Source of the DNA: Escherichia coli
GTDB taxonomy: Bacteria; Pseudomonadota; Gammaproteobacteria; Enterobacterales; Enterobacteriaceae
Reading direction: 5' to 3' (one strand)
DNA: 64,000 nucleotides
Assembly: GCF_024502345.1 (NCBI RefSeq)
Contig: NZ_JALDNN010000001.1
A model generated the notes under the pieces. The model ran no database searches and was not told the DNA's origin. It saw only the letters and a list, made by a program, of their open reading frames with translations. Every line of letters starts with the position of its first letter. Position 1 is the stretch's first letter. Below, piece after piece: positions 33,435 through 45,050 of this stretch. A program made the position numbers and the translations under genes.

Positions 33435-34892
33435 GTGTCTGAACTGTCTCAATTATCTCCACAGCCGCTGTGGGATATTTTTGCCAAAATCTGTTCTATT
33501 CCTCACCCGTCCTATCATGAAGAGCAACTCGCTGAATACATTGTTGGTTGGGCAAAAGAGAAAGGTTTCCATGTCGAACGCGATCAGGTAGGTAATATCC
33601 TGATTCGTAAACCTGCTACCGCAGGTATGGAAAATCGTAAACCGGTCGTCTTACAGGCCCACCTCGATATGGTGCCGCAGAAAAATAACGACACCGTGCA
33701 TGACTTCACGAAAGATCCTATCCAGCCTTATATTGATGGCGAATGGGTTAAAGCGCGCGGCACCACGCTGGGTGCAGATAACGGCATTGGTATGGCGTCT
33801 GCGCTGGCGGTTCTGGCTGACGAAAACGTGGTTCACGGCCCGCTGGAAGTGCTGCTGACCATGACCGAAGAAGCCGGTATGGACGGTGCGTTCGGCTTAC
33901 AGAGCAACTGGTTGCAGGCTGATATTCTGATTAACACCGACTCCGAAGAAGAAGGTGAAATCTACATGGGTTGTGCGGGGGGTATCGACTTCACCTCCAA
34001 CCTGCATTTAGATCGTGAAGCGGTTCCAGCTGGTTTTGAAACCTTCAAGTTAACCTTAAAAGGTCTGAAAGGGGGTCACTCCGGCGGGGAAATCCACGTT
34101 GGCCTGGGTAATGCCAACAAACTGCTGGTGCGCTTCCTGGCGGGTCATGCAGAAGAACTGGATCTGCGCCTTATCGATTTCAACGGCGGCACACTGCGTA
34201 ACGCCATCCCGCGTGAAGCCTTTGCGACCATTGCTGTCGCAGCTGATAAAGTCGACGTCCTGAAATCTCTGGTGAATACCTATCAGGAGATCCTGAAAAA
34301 CGAGCTGGCAGAGAAAGAGAAAAATCTGGCCTTGTTGCTGGACTCTGTAGCGAACGATAAAGCTGCCCTGATTGCGAAATCTCGCGATACCTTTATTCGT
34401 CTGCTGAACGCCACCCCGAACGGTGTGATCCGCAACTCAGACGTGGCAAAAGGTGTGGTCGAAACCTCCCTGAACGTCGGTGTGGTGACCATGACTGATA
34501 ATAACGTAGAAATTCACTGTCTGATCCGTTCACTGATCGACAGCGGTAAAGACTACGTGGTGAGCATGCTGGATTCGCTGGGTAAACTGGCTGGCGCGAA
34601 AACCGAAGCGAAAGGCGCATATCCTGGCTGGCAGCCGGACGCTAATTCTCCGGTGATGCATCTGGTACGTGAAACCTATCAGCGTCTGTTCAACAAAACG
34701 CCGAACATCCAGATTATCCACGCGGGTCTGGAATGTGGTCTGTTCAAAAAACCGTATCCGGAAATGGACATGGTTTCTATCGGGCCAACTATCACCGGTC
34801 CACACTCTCCGGATGAGCAAGTTCACATCGAAAGCGTAGGTCATTACTGGACACTGCTGACTGAACTGCTGAAAGAAATTCCGGCGAAGTAA
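33435..34892 (+). CDS. pepD: aminoacyl-histidine dipeptidase (cytosol non-specific dipeptidase)
   Basis: 485-aa ORF recognised as PepD. Confidence 0.95.
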   Translation: MSELSQLSPQPLWDIFAKICSIPHPSYHEEQLAEYIVGWAKEKGFHVERDQVGNILIRKPATAGMENRKPVVLQAHLDMVPQKNNDTVHDFTKDPIQPYIDGEWVKARGTTLGADNGIGMASALAVLADENVVHGPLEVLLTMTEEAGMDGAFGLQSNWLQADILINTDSEEEGEIYMGCAGGIDFTSNLHLDREAVPAGFETFKLTLKGLKGGHSGGEIHVGLGNANKLLVRFLAGHAEELDLRLIDFNGGTLRNAIPREAFATIAVAADKVDVLKSLVNTYQEILKNELAEKEKNLALLLDSVANDKAALIAKSRDTFIRLLNATPNGVIRNSDVAKGVVETSLNVGVVTMTDNNVEIHCLIRSLIDSGKDYVVSMLDSLGKLAGAKTEAKGAYPGWQPDANSPVMHLVRETYQRLFNKTPNIQIIHAGLECGLFKKPYPEMDMVSIGPTITGPHSPDEQVHIESVGHYWTLLTELLKEIPAK

Positions 34893-34904
34893 TTATTTGA
34901 TTTG

Positions 34905-34936
34905 CTGCCGGATGGCGTTTAATCGCCTTCCGGCAG
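34905..34936. terminator. bidirectional stem-loop CTGCCGGATGGCG-N-CGCCTTCCGGCAG between pepD and prfH
   Basis: 13-bp stem with one mismatch, followed by TTT. Confidence 0.55.
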
Positions 34937-34948
34937 TTTCATCCTTCA

Positions 34949-35506
34949 TTATCCTTCGATAAAAGCCATCCCTGTAAATGTCCGTCTCGGGTTGCCACGT
35001 TCAATCTGGTGATGGAACATTCGCCGCTGCGATTTCAGCACCGCGCTATTTTCCTGTTGCTGCTGCTCCAGCTTCCAGGCAATCAGCAATCGTGCCAGCC
35101 GCTTGTTAGCATGCTGACTACGCTCTGACTGAACCTTCACGCTAATACCGGATGCCAAATGCGTGGCGCGTACCGCCGAGTCGGTTTTATTGACATGTTG
35201 ACCGCCCGGCCCCGACGAACGCAACGTCTCATAACGGATTGCATCCGATTGTTCCTGCTCATCAGCGGTAAAACGCCCAATGCCCAGAAACCAGTTTTTG
35301 CGCCCATGATGAGGCCGATACGGACTCGGACAAATCCACTGAATAGTGCCGCACCAGCTTTCGCTTAATGCCCATGCGTTATCGCCATCCAGAGAAACCA
35401 GCGCCGAACGCAGCGTGTCAGAGTAGCGGCCTGTTTCTGTTTCCAGCACCGTTACCGCGACGTCTTGTCGGGTAAAAACGACCAACAGAGAAGAACGCTG
35501 CGCCAA
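34949..35506 (-). pseudogene. prfH: prfH (peptide chain release factor homologue), N-terminally truncated/fused
   Basis: ...[58 protein letters not shown]...[13 protein letters not shown]...; canonical N-terminus absent. Confidence 0.75.
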
Positions 35507-35672
35507 TCGGGTAGCCGCGTCCGGGGTGTAAATCTGGCATCCCCACTACGCGCTGCATGTTGGGTAAATTTGCCGTGGTGTGTAATTGTTGGATCGCTAA
35601 ACTCTCGATCCACAGGTCATCAGATGCGATGGTAAATACCGCATCGGATAAGGGAAGAATATATTTGCCCAT
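35418..35672 (-). pseudogene. ykfJ: ykfJ (RtcB-like ligase) N-terminal fragment
   Basis: [62 protein letters not shown]... then frame lost. Confidence 0.65.
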
Positions 35673-35989
35673 GTACCATTCCATTTATACTCGTCATACT
35701 TCAAGTTGCATTTACTGCGACTGCGTTCGTTCACCCCAGTCACTTACTTATGTAAGCTCCTGGCGATTCACTCGCTTGTCGCCTTCCTGCAACTCGAATT
35801 ATTTAGAGTATATAAATATAAAAATCAGGAAATGGCAGACGAATCCAGGGCAAGAAAAAAAGAATTAATCCTGGAAAGGTCTGCAAAGAGTCATTGATAA
35901 AGGATTTGTCATGATTTACCTCCTTGCAGTTTGTGGAATAAGAAAACGCGCACATACCAAGCGGGCGTTATTTTCATTGCAAGCTGGAT

Positions 35990-36442
35990 TTAATGTTGCG
36001 GTTTATATCGCATATAAAAATTAGTAAACCACGCTCCCCGGCATTCAACGCGCTGCTGCTTAACTGTCTGAAAACCATAACGTTCAAAAAAGGGTTTTGC
36101 GGTTATGCTGGCATCTACCGTAAGTTCGGATTCAGACTTAATCAATGGTTTTAACAAGGCGCTGGCAACCCCGCGGCGGGTGTATTCAGGGTCAACAAAT
36201 AACATATCGATATAACGTTCAATGCGGGAAATAAAACCAACCGGTTGTGCATTAATGACGGCAACCCGCACTTGTGATTTCGCGAGTTTCTCCTTCCAGC
36301 GAGATTCGTCAATCTGCGCCCAGGCGGCAATTTGTTGTGGAGAATAGTGCTGACTGGAGGTCATCGTAACCGCTCTAATGAAAATAGCGCATAGTTGCTG
36401 AAAATCGCCAGGCTGATAGTTTCTTATTTGTATGTTATTCAT
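35990..36442 (-). CDS. yafP: GNAT-family acetyltransferase YafP
   Basis: 150-aa ORF recognised as YafP; overlaps dinB stop by 4 bp. Confidence 0.85.
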   Translation of the reverse strand: MNNIQIRNYQPGDFQQLCAIFIRAVTMTSSQHYSPQQIAAWAQIDESRWKEKLAKSQVRVAVINAQPVGFISRIERYIDMLFVDPEYTRRGVASALLKPLIKSESELTVDASITAKPFFERYGFQTVKQQRVECRGAWFTNFYMRYKPQH

Positions 36443-37494
36443 AATCCCAGCACCAGTTGTCTTTCCATTTGCGGATCCAGCAACGTCACATGCAGCCCCA
36501 CCAGTCGCACACCTCGCCCGCCGCGGCGTTCATCCCAGGTTTTACGCGCGGTGGCGATTAAGTCAGCTTTATTCAGCCTCGGCCAGACGTGCTCCTGGGT
36601 GGTTTGCTGAAAATCGTCGAACTTTAATTTCACCCCCTGGCGAGCAATCAGTAAATCAGGTTTTACCTTTGCCAGACGGCGTTCAAGTTCCGGATACAGC
36701 CGCTCGATAATCGCTTCACATTCAGACCAGTGATGAATATCTTCCGCCATCGTGCGTTCCACGCCGACGGATTTTCGCAACCGTTCGCTGTTAACATCGC
36801 GTTCGTCAATCCCCTGACTACGCTCCCACAAAATGCGGCCAAATTTGCCAAAGCGTTTAAGCAGCATCACCAGATCACACTTTTGTACATCACCGCAGGT
36901 CCGCAGCCCCATCGCTTCCAGTTTTGCCGCCGAGACTTTGCCGACGCCGGGGATTTTTGCCAGTGGTAAGGTTTGTAAAAATGCCGGAACTTCTGCCGGC
37001 GTAATCACAAACTGGCCGTTGGGTTTATTCATGTCGGAGGCGATTTTGGCGAGAAACTTTACTGGTGCCACGCCCGCAGACGCCGTCAGTTGCAGCTCGC
37101 TGAAAATCGTCTGGCGGATTTCCTGGGCGATGAGGGTCGCAGAACCGTGGCAATGGACGCTATCGGTGACATCGAGATAAGCCTCATCCAGTGACAACGG
37201 TTCAATGCGCGAAGTGTAGCGCGAGAAGATTTCACGGATATGATTTGAGGCTTCTTTGTAGGCGTCAAAGCGCCCCGGAAGCAAGGTGAGATGTGGGCAT
37301 AATTTGAGCGCCATCCCAGTAGGCATAGCGCTACGTACGCCAAATTTACGCGCGGGATAATTGGCGGTGCTGATCACCCCCCGACGTTCGCGGCTGCCGC
37401 CAATAGCAATAGGGATATCGCGCAGGGCGGGATTGTCGCGCATCTCCACCGCTGCGAAAAAGCAGTCCATATCCACATGAATGATTTTACGCAT
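36439..37494 (-). CDS. dinB: DNA polymerase IV
   Basis: [33 protein letters not shown]... 351 aa. Confidence 0.95.
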   Translation of the reverse strand: MRKIIHVDMDCFFAAVEMRDNPALRDIPIAIGGSRERRGVISTANYPARKFGVRSAMPTGMALKLCPHLTLLPGRFDAYKEASNHIREIFSRYTSRIEPLSLDEAYLDVTDSVHCHGSATLIAQEIRQTIFSELQLTASAGVAPVKFLAKIASDMNKPNGQFVITPAEVPAFLQTLPLAKIPGVGKVSAAKLEAMGLRTCGDVQKCDLVMLLKRFGKFGRILWERSQGIDERDVNSERLRKSVGVERTMAEDIHHWSECEAIIERLYPELERRLAKVKPDLLIARQGVKLKFDDFQQTTQEHVWPRLNKADLIATARKTWDERRGGRGVRLVGLHVTLLDPQMERQLVLGL

Positions 37495-37564
37495 TGCTCA
37501 CCTCTCAACACTGGTAAAGTATACAGTGATTTCAGGGTTTGAGAAATGCGTAAAGATTCAGCAT

Positions 37565-38335
37565 TTAGCGCGTTCGTTGTGAAAGCACCTGCTGCTTATC
37601 CAGCTTTTGCACCAGCGGCTGCACCACTTTATCCCCATGCTGACCAAAGTATTGATACAGCGTATCGGACGCGCTTTTAGTCAGCACCATAATCTCAATG
37701 CGCCGATTGCCCGCGCTTTGCGGATTTTTGGCATCCAGCAGCATCTGGTCCGCCATTGCGCTTACCTGCATCACTTTATCTTCCGGCATTCCGGCCTCTT
37801 CCAGCACCCGACGAGCCGAAAGCGCGCGGTCACCCGAAAGGTTCCAGTTGTTGTAGATATTGTTTTTGTAGGCCATCGCATCGGTATGCCCGGTAATAAT
37901 AATTTTATTATCGAGCGAGTCGAACACTGGCGCTAACTCCACCAACAGCGTTTTAAAGAACGGCATAATCTGCGCGCTGCCGCGTTCGAACATATTGCGA
38001 TTCTGGTCGTCTTTAATCAGCACGCGTAATCCCTGCGGGACAATCTCCATCTCCAGATTCGCTTCCATATGCGCATCACGGGCAATGGTGTTGATACTGG
38101 TTGCCAGCTCACCAAGCTCGGTGGCGGATTTCTTCTTCAGCAGCGCCGTTTTCTCGTTGACGTCGCGCGCTTTTTTCTCCGTCTCTTCCGGCACCGCCAC
38201 GGTGGCAGGTTTTGGCGGATGAGACGGGCTGATTTTATTTAACGGCGACAGCCCACCACCGTTAAAAATCGACTGCCCGTGCAGCGCGGCGATAATGCTT
38301 TCACGCTCGGATTTACTGACGCTGTTGACAATCAA
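37565..38335 (-). pseudogene. lafU: lafU (mbhA) MotB-like Flag-2 remnant (OmpA-like C-terminal domain only)
   Basis: ...IIITGHTDAMAYKNNIYNNWNLSGDRALSARRVLEEAGMPEDKV... peptidoglycan-binding domain with no N-terminal TM part. Confidence 0.7.
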
Positions 38336-40034
38336 CTTTATCGTCGTCACCAAAGGGGCCGAGCGTATTTCCGAGGTTTCTGCCCGCTTCACCCTGGACG
38401 CGATGCCCGGCAAGCAGATGGCGATTGACGCCGATCTTAACGCCGGGTTGATCAACCAGGCGCAGGCGCAAACCCGGCGTAAAGATGTCGCCAGCGAGGC
38501 CGATTTCTACGGCGCGATGGACGGGGCATCGAAGTTTGTGCGCGGGGATGCCATCGCCGGGATGATGATTCTGGCGATCAACCTGATCGGCGGCGTCTGT
38601 ATCGGGATCTTCAAATACAACCTGAGCGCCGATGCCGCCTTCCAGCAATATGTGCTGATGACCATCGGCGACGGCCTGGTGGCGCAGATCCCTTCCCTGC
38701 TGCTCTCCACGGCGGCGGCGATAATCGTCACCCACGTCAGCGACAACGGCGATATCGCCCATGACGTGCGCCACCAGTTGCTGGCAAGCCCGTCGGTGCT
38801 CTACACCGCTACCGGGATTATGTTTGTGCTGGCGGTGGTGCCGGGAATGCCGCATCTGCCGTTTTTGCTGTTCAGCGCCCTGCTTGGCTTTACCGGCTGG
38901 CGAATGAGCAAACGCCCGCAGGCAGCGCAGGCGGAAGAGAAAAGCCTCGAAACGCTGACCCGCACCATCACTGAAACCAGCGAGCAACAGGTCAGTTGGG
39001 AAACCATTCCGCTGATCGAGCCCATCAGCTTAAGCCTCGGCTACAAACTGGTGGCGCTGGTGGACAAAGCGCAGGGCAACCCGCTCACCCAGCGGATTCG
39101 CGGCGTGCGGCAGGTGATTTCTGACGGCAACGGCGTGCTGCTGCCGGAGATCCGCATTCGGGAAAACTTCCGCCTTAAGCCCAGCCAGTACGCTATTTTC
39201 ATCAACGGCATTAAGGCTGATGAAGCGGATATTCCGACGGATAAACTGATGGCCCTGCCCTCCAGCGAAACCTACGGCGAGATTGACGGCGTGCTGGGGA
39301 ACGACCCGGCGTACGGGATGCCGGTGACCTGGATCCAGCCTGCGCAGAAAGCGAAGGCGCTGAATATGGGGTATCAGGTGATCGACAGCGCCAGCGTGAT
39401 TGCCACCCATGTGAATAAGATTGTACGCAGCTATATTCCTGATTTGTTTAACTATGACGACATCACACAGTTGCATAACCGTTTGTCGTCGATGGCACCG
39501 CGCCTGGCAGAAGACTTAAGCGCGGCGCTGAATTACAGCCAGTTGCTGAAAGTGTACCGCACACTACTGACCGAAGGCGTTTCCCTGCGCGATATCGTCA
39601 CCATCGCCACCGTGCTGGTCGCCAGTAGCGCGGTGACTAAAGATCATATTCTGCTGGCGGCCGATGTACGCCTGGCGCTGCGGCGCAGCATTACCCATCC
39701 GTTCGTTCGCAAGCAGGAGCTGACGGTGTATACGCTGAATAATGAGCTGGAAAATCTGCTGACCAACGTGGTGAATCAGGCGCAACAGGGCGGTAAAGTG
39801 ATGCTCGACAGCGTGCCAGTGGACCCGAATATGCTCAACCAGTTCCAGAGCACGATGCCACGGGTGAAAGAGCAGATGAAAGCGGCGGGGAAAGATCCGG
39901 TGCTGCTGGTGCCGCCGCAGCTGCGTCCTTTGCTGGCGCGCTACGCAAGGTTGTTTGCGCCGGGGCTGCATGTGCTGTCGTATAACGAAGTGCCGGACGA
40001 GCTGGAGTTGAAGATTATGGGGGCCTTGATGTAG
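38336..40034 (+). pseudogene. lfhA: lfhA (fhiA) FlhA-like Flag-2 remnant lacking N-terminus and promoter
   Basis: ...ERISEVSARFTLDAMPGKQMAIDADLNAGLI... starts mid-protein at the deletion junction. Confidence 0.75.
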
Positions 40035-40039
40035 GTATT

Positions 40040-40215
<176 letters not shown>

Positions 40216-40219
40216 ACAA

Positions 40220-40717
40220 TTATGAAATGATACGCTCCCCGGCACTAAAATCCGTTATGTCTCCCGCCCAATCAATGGGATATAACCCTCGCGCCACATC
40301 GCGATGGAACGTTGAGAATGGCCAATCTCTCACCTGCTTTACCCAGCCATGTTTCACTGGATTTATATAAATATAATCAACATGATGTCGGTAATCTGTG
40401 GTATTGCGAATGGCATGCTCCCAAAAACGCGGTTGCCAGATATTATTCAATCCGCAAGCATGGGTGAACTGCTTTTTAATCTCCCGCCAGCGGGAGGAAA
40501 AATCATCATCGCTTTCGGGTAATGTCCATATGCAATGCATATGCTCCGGCAAAACTACCCAGGCATTAATTTCAAAAGGTCTGGCTCGCTTAACTTTAAT
40601 AATGGCGTTACGGAGCGTCTGGTACTGGGTAGTCAAAAGTTGGCTTCGACGATTCCGTAAATTCACCGTGAAAAACCAGCTTCCCCCCTTGAGGTAATAA
40701 CGACGATATTCAGACAT
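40220..40717 (-). CDS. rayT: REP-associated tyrosine transposase RayT (YafM)
   Basis: 165-aa IS200-like TnpA flanked by REPs on both sides. Confidence 0.85.
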   Translation of the reverse strand: MSEYRRYYLKGGSWFFTVNLRNRRSQLLTTQYQTLRNAIIKVKRARPFEINAWVVLPEHMHCIWTLPESDDDFSSRWREIKKQFTHACGLNNIWQPRFWEHAIRNTTDYRHHVDYIYINPVKHGWVKQVRDWPFSTFHRDVARGLYPIDWAGDITDFSAGERIIS

Positions 40718-40789
40718 AGCGACTCCTTTTTCTCAACGGTAAGAGGAAAAGGAAAGGTCGGCAATGAGGTGATGGAATAACGGGAAAGC

Positions 40790-40900
40790 AGCTCGCAAAA
40801 ACGCACAAATTTGTAGGCATGATAAGACGCGCCAGCGTCGCATCAGGCATCGGTGCACAACTGCCGGATGCGGCGTAAACGCCTTATCCGTCCTACAAAA
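40790..40900. repeat. REP/BIME element
   Basis: Same palindromic unit family as 40040..40215. Confidence 0.8.
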
Positions 40901-41642
40901 TCGTCTCCTCCGTCAAAATCCGGCGCGCGCCTAAAAAATGATCCTGCCAGAAAGGTTCAGCTAACCGACTTACCCGAATGGTTTCCCCGGTGCGCGGTGA
41001 CTCAATAAACTGACCGTCGCCCAGATACACCCCCATATGGTCGGCAATCTCACGACTGTGAATATGGAAAAACAGCAAATCTCCCCGGCGCAGGTCGTTA
41101 TTCGCCACAATCGTTGCCCGGCGGTAGTGATACATCTCATTGGCCGTGCGCGGGAGCTTCGCCTCGAGGATCTTGTTGTAGGCATAAAAAACCAACCCGC
41201 TACAGTCGAAGCCTTTATCAGGCCGCGTGCCGCCCCAGACGTAAGGCTTGCCAAGCTGCTGCTCCAGGCGGTGAATCGCCACTTCGGTGATGTTATGCAG
41301 GTGATCGCTGCTTAAAAAGTGGTTGTTTTCCGCCAGCGCCTGCCAGCGTCTGTCACTCGCCTTGAGCGGCGCAGGAAACCATTCTGGATGCTGTTTTATC
41401 TGTTCGCGGTTGTGCTGGCGCAGCGCCCTTCTGCTTTCGGCATTGCCTTCCACAATATAGCTGGCCTGCTTTTTCAGATGGGTTTGGTACTGTTTTAATA
41501 AACGCGCACGGTTTTGCATCCGCTGGCGGGCGGCGTAGCTGAAAGAGATATGTGATGTGGTGGCGCTGGCAAATGAAGAAAACGGCAAACAAATCAACAG
41601 TAATCCCGACAATACAAAGGATGGAATCGACGGCAAGGACAT
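40893..41642 (-). CDS. yafL: NlpC/P60-family lipoprotein peptidase YafL
   Basis: ...GFDCSGLVFYAYNKIL... NlpC/P60 Cys motif; start taken at MSLPSIPSF. Confidence 0.85.
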   Translation of the reverse strand: MSLPSIPSFVLSGLLLICLPFSSFASATTSHISFSYAARQRMQNRARLLKQYQTHLKKQASYIVEGNAESRRALRQHNREQIKQHPEWFPAPLKASDRRWQALAENNHFLSSDHLHNITEVAIHRLEQQLGKPYVWGGTRPDKGFDCSGLVFYAYNKILEAKLPRTANEMYHYRRATIVANNDLRRGDLLFFHIHSREIADHMGVYLGDGQFIESPRTGETIRVSRLAEPFWQDHFLGARRILTEETIL

Positions 41643-41851
41643 ACTCAATAATGGCTGGTCATGCTTTAATGTTGCAGTGTATCCCGGATCGTTTCTGAAC
41701 AAACTTAATAAACCATTATTATAAAATTAACATATATATTTCAGTGAATTATGTAAATACATCAGTTTATTGAATTGTTCATGAATTGCCGCTGTTGCTC
41801 ATTTGAGCTACAATTCAAGCTGAATAAATATACAGCACAGGAGATACCCCA

Positions 41852-42112
41852 ATGGCTGCTAACGCGTTTGTTCGTGCCCGAATCGATGAAGATCTGAAGA
41901 ATCAGGCGGCGGACGTACTGGCCGGGATGGGGCTGACCATCTCTGACCTGGTTCGCATAACCCTCACAAAGGTCGCGCGTGAAAAGGCATTGCCGTTTGA
42001 TTTACGCGAGCCTAATCAATTAACCATTCAATCAATCAAAAACAGCGAAGCTGGCGTTGATGTTCATAAGGCCAAAGACGCCGATGATTTATTTGATAAA
42101 TTAGGAATTTAA
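41852..42112 (+). CDS. dinJ: antitoxin DinJ
   Basis: 86-aa ORF MAANAFVRARIDEDLKNQAADVLAGMGLTISDLVRITLTKVAREKALPF... Confidence 0.95.
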   Translation: MAANAFVRARIDEDLKNQAADVLAGMGLTISDLVRITLTKVAREKALPFDLREPNQLTIQSIKNSEAGVDVHKAKDADDLFDKLGI

Positions 42113-42114
42113 AT

Positions 42115-42393
42115 ATGATTCAAAGGGATATTGAATACTCGGGACAATTTTCAAAGGATGTAAAACTTGCACAAAAGCGTCATAAGGATATGAATAAATT
42201 GAAATATCTTATGACGCTTCTTATCAATAATGCTTTACCGCTTCCAGCTGTTTATAAAGACCACCCGCTGCAAGGTTCATGGAAAGGTTATCGCGATGCT
42301 CATGTCGAACCGGACTGGATCCTGATTTACAAACTTACCGATAAACTTTTACGATTTGAGAGAACTGGAACTCACGCGGCGCTCTTTGGGTAA
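42115..42393 (+). CDS. yafQ: mRNA interferase toxin YafQ
   Basis: 92-aa ORF immediately downstream of dinJ. Confidence 0.95.
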   Translation: MIQRDIEYSGQFSKDVKLAQKRHKDMNKLKYLMTLLINNALPLPAVYKDHPLQGSWKGYRDAHVEPDWILIYKLTDKLLRFERTGTHAALFG

Positions 42394-42548
42394 AGCACGC
42401 TGCCGATGAAATTTGTAAACCCTGCGCCGACAGGCTTGCGTAAAACTCTTTTGGTGATAATGTGAGCCTTCCAAATCCAGACTATTCCGATTTGGGATCT
42501 ATTTTGCCGTCCTGGCGTGTGTAACCGTTTTATCAAGGAATAAGCAGT

Positions 42549-43289
42549 ATGCGTAAAATCGCATTAATTCTTGCGATGTTGTTGATCCCGTGCGTTTCGT
42601 TTGCCGGTTTGCTGGGCAGCAGTAGCTCGACCACGCCAGTGAGCAAAGAGTATAAGCAGCAGTTGATGGGATCCCCTGTCTACATCCAGATCTTCAAGGA
42701 AGAACGTACGCTCGATCTCTACGTCAAAATGGGCGAGCAATATCAGCTGCTCGACAGTTATAAAATCTGTAAATATTCCGGCGGCTTAGGGCCAAAACAG
42801 CGTCAGGGCGATTTCAAAAGCCCGGAAGGGTTTTATAGCGTCCAGCGTAATCAGTTAAAACCAGACAGCCGTTACTACAAAGCGATTAATATTGGTTTCC
42901 CCAATGCCTATGACCGTGCGCATGGTTATGAAGGGAAATACCTGATGATCCACGGCGATTGTGTTTCCATCGGCTGCTACGCAATGACCAATCAGGGTAT
43001 TGATGAGATCTTCCAGTTCGTTACTGGTGCGCTGGTGTTTGGTCAGCCGAGCGTGCAAGTGAGTATTTACCCGTTCCGCATGACCGACGCCAATATGAAG
43101 CGCCATAAATATTCCAACTTTAAGGACTTCTGGGAGCAACTGAAGCCGGGTTACGACTACTTTGAGCAAACCCGTAAGCCACCGACCGTTTCTGTGGTCA
43201 ATGGTCGTTACGTGGTCAGCAAGCCGTTAAGCCACGAAGTTGTGCAGCCACAACTGGCATCAAACTACACGCTCCCCGAGGCAAAATAA
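42549..43289 (+). CDS. yafK: L,D-transpeptidase-fold protein YafK (DpaA)
   Basis: 246-aa ORF with signal peptide and YkuD-like domain. Confidence 0.85.
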   Translation: MRKIALILAMLLIPCVSFAGLLGSSSSTTPVSKEYKQQLMGSPVYIQIFKEERTLDLYVKMGEQYQLLDSYKICKYSGGLGPKQRQGDFKSPEGFYSVQRNQLKPDSRYYKAINIGFPNAYDRAHGYEGKYLMIHGDCVSIGCYAMTNQGIDEIFQFVTGALVFGQPSVQVSIYPFRMTDANMKRHKYSNFKDFWEQLKPGYDYFEQTRKPPTVSVVNGRYVVSKPLSHEVVQPQLASNYTLPEAK

Positions 43290-44027
43290 GCGCCATTCGC
43301 CTGGCATAATCTTTTGCCAGGTTTCATTGCCCGTCAGCGGCTGTGTTGCAATCACCGTGACCACATCATTCGGTGTGGTCTGCGAGCTGAAGTCGATTTC
43401 CACATCCTGATCCAGCAGCGTTGCCACGCCAAACGGCGCGCGGCGGGTGATCCAGTGTAAATTAGTCGAGCAATACGCCATCACATAGCGCCCGTCAGAA
43501 AGCAGCATGTTGAAAACGCCCTTCTGCCGCAGTTCATCCGCCAGTGAGGCGATATATTTAAACACTGCCGCCATGTTGCCCGGTGTGCGCGGGTAACGCT
43601 GCGTTAATTTATGCAGGAGCCAGCAGAAGGCTTTTTCGCTATCGGTTTCACCGACCGGGCGGAAGTTGCCGGTTTCCAGTGATTTGTAGCCCGTCAGTTG
43701 TCCGTTATGGGCATAAGTCCAGTTACGCCCCCATAACTCACGGGTAAACGGGTGAGTATTTTCCAGCGCCACCTCGCCCCGATTGGCCTGGCGAATATGA
43801 GCCACCACCGAACAGGATTTTATCGGGTAGTCCTGGACAAGTTTGGCGATGGGGGAATTAAAGCTGGGTTGTGGATCTTTAAATGTGCGACAGCCTTTAC
43901 CTTCGTAAAAGGTAATGCCCCAGCCATCTTTATGTGGCCCGGTTCCACCACCACGCTGCACCAGACCGGTGAAACTAAAGCAGATATCGGTAGGGACGTT
44001 GGCGCTCATCCCGAGCAATTCGCACAT
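43260..44027 (-). CDS. yafJ: class II glutamine amidotransferase YafJ
   Basis: [27 protein letters not shown]... N-terminal Cys nucleophile. Confidence 0.85.
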   Translation of the reverse strand: MCELLGMSANVPTDICFSFTGLVQRGGGTGPHKDGWGITFYEGKGCRTFKDPQPSFNSPIAKLVQDYPIKSCSVVAHIRQANRGEVALENTHPFTRELWGRNWTYAHNGQLTGYKSLETGNFRPVGETDSEKAFCWLLHKLTQRYPRTPGNMAAVFKYIASLADELRQKGVFNMLLSDGRYVMAYCSTNLHWITRRAPFGVATLLDQDVEIDFSSQTTPNDVVTVIATQPLTGNETWQKIMPGEWRLFCLGERVV

Positions 44028-44089
44028 GGGTAACCTCCACAACAGCGGGAGCGCATGGCCCCCGGCGAAGATTGATTTAAGAATTTTCA

Positions 44090-44232
<143 letters not shown>

Positions 44233-44235
<3 letters not shown>

Positions 44236-44811
44236 CTTAACCATCTCTTTTTCAATTAACTGGATCAGGATATGGATCACTTTAATGTGAATCTCCTGAA
44301 TGCGGTCGGCATAACCAAAGTGCGGAACGCGAATTTCGATATCCGCCGTGCCAGCCATTTTACCGCCGTCTTTACCGGTCAGGGTGATCACTTTCATCCC
44401 CTTCTCACGCGCCGCTGCGATCGCTTTGATCACGTTTGCAGAGTTACCGGAGGTGGAGATCCCCAGCAGTACATCGCCTTCGCGACCTACCGCTTCAACG
44501 TAGCGGGAGAAAATATCATTGAAACCGAAATCATTACCGACGCAGGAAATATGACTAACGTCAGAAATAGCAATCGCCGGGTAGCCCGGACGGTTTTCAC
44601 GGTAGCGACCGGTCAACTCTTCGGCAAAGTGCATAGCGTCGCAATGGGAACCGCCGTTGCCGCAGGAAAGCACTTTGCCACCGGCTTTAAAGCTGTCTGC
44701 TAACAGGACCGCCGCGCGCTGAATGGCGTGAATATTGGCGTCATCTTTTAAAAAGTTAGCCAGCGTTTCCGCCGCTTCGTTCAGTTCGTTACGAATAAGA
44801 TCCTGGTACAT
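44233..44811 (-). CDS. gmhA: phosphoheptose isomerase
   Basis: [65 protein letters not shown]... 192 aa. Confidence 0.95.
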
Positions 44812-45050
44812 GAGGATATCCTTCAGCATAAATGTAATAGACAAAATGCAGTGTACCGGATACCGCCAAAAGCGAGAAGTACGGGCAGGTGCTATGACCA
44901 GGACTTTTTGACCTGAAGTGCGGATAAAAACAGCAACAATGTGAGCTTTGTTGTAATTATATTGTAAACACATTGCTAAATGTTTTTACATCCACTACAA
45001 CCATATCATCACAAGTGGTCAGACCTCCTACAAGTAAGGGGCTTTTCGTT

